A DNA stretch of 62,323 bases, the filler included, from Thermodesulfobacteriota bacterium (GTDB taxonomy: Bacteria > DASVDK01), in the NCBI GenBank assembly GCA_036381125.1. It is 4 parts of 4 records of this genome, joined end to end, with 100 filler letters (N's around TTAATTAATTAA, not from the genome) between each part and the next. Parts side by side here need not be neighbours in the genome. Positions count along the whole stretch, not along the records: positions 45,183 to 62,323 come from DASVDK010000203.1; 3 more parts are not named here. The stretch is one strand, 5' to 3'. Made by a program: the position numbers and the translations under genes. Shown one piece after another: positions 58,738 to 62,323 of the stretch (positions within the stretch are counted from its first letter, which is position 1; each line of letters starts with the position of its first letter). The notes under the pieces were generated by a model that was not told the DNA's origin, ran no database searches, and was given only the letters and a program-made list of their open reading frames with translations.

Positions 58738-60114
58738 TCAGACCTCGCGGTCGAGCCGGTACTGCGCGATCTTCCGGTTGAGCGTCGTGCGGGCGATCCC
58801 GAGCCGCTCGGCCGCCTCGCCCTTCACCCACTGCGTCGCCCGGAGCGCCCGCAGGATGTGCGCCCGCTCGACCGCCTCGACCACCTCGGCCAGGGGGCGC
58901 AGGCCGGTCCCGACCGTCTCGTCGGCGCCCGGCAGCCGGACGTGCTCGGCGTCGATCGGCCCGCCGGCCGCGTAGACGAGGGCGAGGTGGAGCACGTTCT
59001 CGAGTTCCCGCACGTTCCCGGGCCACTCGTAGGCCATGAGCGTGCGCAGCGCGCGCGGCGTGACGGCCGGCGGCGGCCCGCCGCCGGCCCCCCGGGCGAT
59101 GCGGGCGAGGAGGTGCGGCACGAGGTACCGAAGGTCGTCGAGGCGGTCGCGCAGCGGCGGGACGTGGATCGTCGCCACGGCGAGCCGGTGATAGAGGTCC
59201 TCCCGGAACCGCCGCTCGCGGACCGCCCGCCGGATGTCCTCGTTGCAGGCGGCGATGAAGCGCACGTCGATGCGCGCCTGCCGCGTGCCGCCCACCGGCC
59301 GAACCGCCTTCTCCTGGATCGCGCGCAGCAGCTTGGCCTGGCAGGTGCCGGTCAGGTCGGTGACCTCGTCGAGGAAGGCGACCCCGCCGTCGGCCTCGAC
59401 GAAGAGCCCGCGCTTGTTGTGCTTCGCGTCCGTGAAGGCGCCGGCCACGTACCCGAAGAGTTCCGACTCGAGCAGGTGGGGTTCCAGGTTGGCGCAGTTC
59501 AGCGACACGAAGGGCGCGCGACTGCGACGGCTCAGGGCGTGGATCGCCCGGGCGACCCCCTCCTTGCCGACCCCGGTCTCGCCGGTGACGAGCACGTTCA
59601 GGTCGGCCGCCGCGAACGTGCGGACCTGCTCGTAGACGGTCCGCATGGCCGCGCTGCGGCCGACGAGGCCCGGGACCTCGTCGGCCGCCGGCCCGTCGGC
59701 CGGCGGCGCCGCACGCTCGCGCCGGCCGCGGCGATCGTCGTCGAGGAGCCGCTCGAGCTTCGCCAGCAGCTCCTCCACGCGGAACGGCTTGTCGGAGAAG
59801 GCGTCCACGCGGGCCTCGACCAGCTCCCTCAGGAGCGCCTCGTCCGCGTACGCCGTGAGGAAGAGGACGGCCGTGTCGAGGCCCCGCGTGCGCATCTCGC
59901 GCAGCACCTCGCGCCCGGAGAGCCGCGGCATCCGGTCGTCGAGCACGACGACGTCGACCGACCGCGAGTCGAGCCGCGCGAGCGCCGCCTCGCCGGAGGC
60001 CACCGCCTCGGCTTCCCACCCCCGGTCCTCGATGGCCACGGTCAGCGACTCCCGAATGCCGGCGTCGTCGTCCACGACGAGGATCCGCTTACGGGCGACA
60101 GGCGCGAGCGACAT
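58738..60114 (-). CDS. NtrC-family sigma54-dependent response regulator
   Basis: REC domain; GETGVGKE, ESELFG, GAFTDA, FLDEV, FREDLYHRL, WPGNVREL; Fis-type HTH. Confidence 0.93.
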   Translation of the reverse strand: MSLAPVARKRILVVDDDAGIRESLTVAIEDRGWEAEAVASGEAALARLDSRSVDVVVLDDRMPRLSGREVLREMRTRGLDTAVLFLTAYADEALLRELVEARVDAFSDKPFRVEELLAKLERLLDDDRRGRRERAAPPADGPAADEVPGLVGRSAAMRTVYEQVRTFAAADLNVLVTGETGVGKEGVARAIHALSRRSRAPFVSLNCANLEPHLLESELFGYVAGAFTDAKHNKRGLFVEADGGVAFLDEVTDLTGTCQAKLLRAIQEKAVRPVGGTRQARIDVRFIAACNEDIRRAVRERRFREDLYHRLAVATIHVPPLRDRLDDLRYLVPHLLARIARGAGGGPPPAVTPRALRTLMAYEWPGNVRELENVLHLALVYAAGGPIDAEHVRLPGADETVGTGLRPLAEVVEAVERAHILRALRATQWVKGEAAERLGIARTTLNRKIAQYRLDREV

Positions 60115-60713
60115 GGTCCTGCTCCGGGACGGGCCCGTCCCGACCGACCGGCGGCGATGCCGGGTGGACCGTCCCGAGGACCGGGCTTCGCGCAGACGGT
60201 TCACGCGATGGAGGAGGACGCTCGCGCGGAGGCGGCCTCCGGGACGGCGAGTCTCGAGCCGCCGTACCGGGAGGCGCGGGCAGAGCAACGTTCGCTTCTT
60301 CGAAGCACCCCTTCTGTAATGCGTGTTGCTCGATCCTACCCGACTGTGGACAGGCCGGGAAGCGAATTCTGGGGAAGGGCGTGAATGCCCCGTGATCACT
60401 GCCGGTTACGCGATCCCGAACCGGCCGCGGCTGCGAACGTCGTCGATCCACCGCATTGCCGAGCGCCGCCTGGCTTGCCCGCGCGGGCTGGGGCTGTCTC
60501 CGGGGTGCCGTCCGCTCGACGCTCGCCCCGGCCGTGTAGCAGGAGGCTCGGTTCGCTCGCCGGCGGTATCGGCGCGCCGCGTCACGGCTTTCGCGGCGCC
60601 GCCCCGCGCCGCCGCTTCACGCCGCTGCACGCCGGCCGGCGCGGCACGGCGCCGCGGCTCCGTTGCCGTCGCGTTTCCGGGGGGTTGCGCGTCGCCCGAC
60701 GCCGAATCGCCGA

Positions 60714-60728
60714 TGGCACTCCCGTTGC
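60714..60728 (+). promoter_or_regulatory. Sigma54 (-24/-12) promoter
   Basis: TGGCAC-TCCCG-TTGC matches the consensus, ~30 bp upstream of the racemase start. Confidence 0.7.
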
Positions 60729-60756
60729 GATGGCCGCGGTCGGCGGAGGGAGCGGC

Positions 60757-61623
60757 GTGGAGCGACAGCCGATCGGCATCCTGGACTCCGGCGTGGGCGG
60801 ACTCGCGGTCGCCCGTGCGATCCTCGACCGGCTCCCCGGCGAGGCCATTCTCTATTACGCCGACACCGCCCACTTTCCCTACGGCGAGCGGACGCTCTCG
60901 GACGTCCGGGCGCTCTGCGTGAGCGGGATCCGCCGGCTGGCGTCGCTCGACGCCGCCTGCGTCGTGGTCGCCTGCAACACCGCCGCGGCCTCGAGCCTCG
61001 ACGACGGCGCGCCGCGCGTGCGCCTGCCGGTCTTCGACGTCCTCTCGAGCCCGGTCCTCGCGGGGACGCTGCGCCGCTGGCACGGCGCGCGCCTGGGGCT
61101 CGTCGCCACGCCGCTCACCGTGGCAAGCGGCGCCTATCAGGCGATCGTCGAGCACTTCGCCCGGCCTCGCCGCCTCGCCGTGGTCCCGACCGCGCGCCTG
61201 GCCCGGATCGTCGAGGGCGGCGCGGCCGACGCCCCGAAGGCCGCCGACGCCGTCCGGAGCGAACTCGCCCCTCTCCTCGGCGAGCGGCTCGACGCCCTGA
61301 TCCTCGGCTGCACGCACTTCGGCTTCCTCGAGGCCGCCATCCGGGCCGTCGTGGGGCCGGACGTCGCGGTCATCGACCCCGCGCGCCTCGTGGCGCGGGG
61401 CGTCGCCGACGCCCTCGAGACGGCCGGCCTCGCCCGACGCGAGCCGGCCGGCGCGCCCCCGCGGCACCGCCTCGTCGTCACCGGCGGACGGGCCGACGAG
61501 GTCGCCCGTGCCGCCGCTCGACTCGGGATCGCCTTCGAGCGCTGCGAGCTCGGCGAGGACGCTCCACGGGGGGCCGTCGCGCCGGCCGGTGAGGCGGACC
61601 GCCCCGGAGTCGGCCTGCGATGA
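60757..61623 (+). CDS. murI: Glutamate racemase homologue
   Basis: IGILDSGVGGL, DTAHFPYG, VACNT, LGCTHF (both catalytic Cys present); GTG start after GGAG. Confidence 0.85.
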   Translation: MERQPIGILDSGVGGLAVARAILDRLPGEAILYYADTAHFPYGERTLSDVRALCVSGIRRLASLDAACVVVACNTAAASSLDDGAPRVRLPVFDVLSSPVLAGTLRRWHGARLGLVATPLTVASGAYQAIVEHFARPRRLAVVPTARLARIVEGGAADAPKAADAVRSELAPLLGERLDALILGCTHFGFLEAAIRAVVGPDVAVIDPARLVARGVADALETAGLARREPAGAPPRHRLVVTGGRADEVARAAARLGIAFERCELGEDAPRGAVAPAGEADRPGVGLR

Positions 61624-62323
61624 GCGGCGCCGCCGTGAGCGTCAGGCCGATCGCCACGCTCGAGGAGTACCGCGAGTGCATGGCGCTCCAGCAGGCCGCC
61701 TTCGGCTACGACGACCGCTTCGTCGAGCCGCTGACGCAGCTCGTCACCGCCCAGCGTTACGGCGGCCACGTCCTGGGCGCCTTCGACCGGGACGGCACGA
61801 TCCTGGGCTACCTCTACAGTTGCCCGGGGCTGCGCGACGGCGAGCTGCTCTCCTGCTTTCGGATCCTCGCCGTCTCGCCCGCCGCGCGCGGGCTCGGCAT
61901 CGGCGAGCGGCTCCTGCTCGCCCTGCGCGACCGCGCGCTCGCCGCCGGCATCCGCACCGTGGTCGCCACGTTCGACCCGCTCGAGGCCGCCAACGCCCGC
62001 CTCTACCTCGGCAAGCTCGGCTTTCGAGGGCTGCGGTTCTACCCCAACCACTACGGCGACCTCGGCCGCGGCCAGAACGCGGGGCTCGAGACCGACCGGC
62101 TCGAGATCGAGTGGACGCTCGACGCCGCAGCCCCCACCCGGCGCGCCGCCGACGGCGAGGTCGCGTCGGGGCGCGACGCGATCCCCCGGATCACGGCGCT
62201 GTCCGGCGGCCGCGGCGAGTGGCCCTCCTGCACGATCCTTCGGCTCGACCTCGACGCCGAGCGGCTCCTGCTCGAGGTCCCGGCCTCGATCCAGGCGCTC
62301 AAGGCGGCCGACCTCGGGCTGGC
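61620..62323 (+). CDS. GNAT-family acyltransferase (3' end off the window)
   Basis: Manual translation MSGAAVSVRPIATLEE...GGHVLGAF...LAVSPAARGLGIG...TFDPLEAANARL...NHYG...TDRL..EW; ATGA overlap with the racemase; absent from the ORF track. Confidence 0.8.
   Translation, partial: MSGAAVSVRPIATLEEYRECMALQQAAFGYDDRFVEPLTQLVTAQRYGGHVLGAFDRDGTILGYLYSCPGLRDGELLSCFRILAVSPAARGLGIGERLLLALRDRALAAGIRTVVATFDPLEAANARLYLGKLGFRGLRFYPNHYGDLGRGQNAGLETDRLEIEWTLDAAAPTRRAADGEVASGRDAIPRITALSGGRGEWPSCTILRLDLDAERLLLEVPASIQALKAADLGL

Overview
This window is high-GC bacterial DNA from a draft or metagenome-assembled genome. It is four contigs (1-20351, 20452-31932, 32033-45082, 45183-62323) joined by artificial 100-bp N/TTAATTAATTAA linkers. 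Gene content (RomR, MglA-like, DUF4388 regulator, lptFG, metK-ahcY-metF) suggests a diderm, deltaproteobacteria/myxobacteria-like organism; this is inference. Most long ORFs in the supplied track are GC-rich shadow frames. Housekeeping genes include rlmD, rlmI, coaX, birA, valS, recG, greA (partial), deoB, pdp/deoA, lptFG, metK, ahcY, metF, and a Ktr/Trk locus with two membrane and two RCK subunits that is split by the assembly. The most interesting items are: (1) a five-gene signalling cluster pairing an apparently inactive MglA-like GTPase with a REC-DUF4388 regulator and a Rossmann-GAF-degenerate GGDEF protein that keeps the RxxD I-site, with romR nearby; (2) a dispersed 25-bp repeat (GGGGTCAGGTCTTTCCATTTTCCA) at four intergenic loci, in tandem and inverted arrangements; (3) a six-gene operon of exported SH3, PQQ, PEGA-TPR and TolB-like proteins; (4) a sigma54 promoter driving a glutamate-racemase homologue plus a GNAT, divergent from an NtrC-type activator; (5) an orphan FitA-like antitoxin whose VapC-like start is fused in frame to recG; and (6) several accessory genes decayed by internal deletions. 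No CRISPR array, rRNA, tRNA or transposase was recognised.
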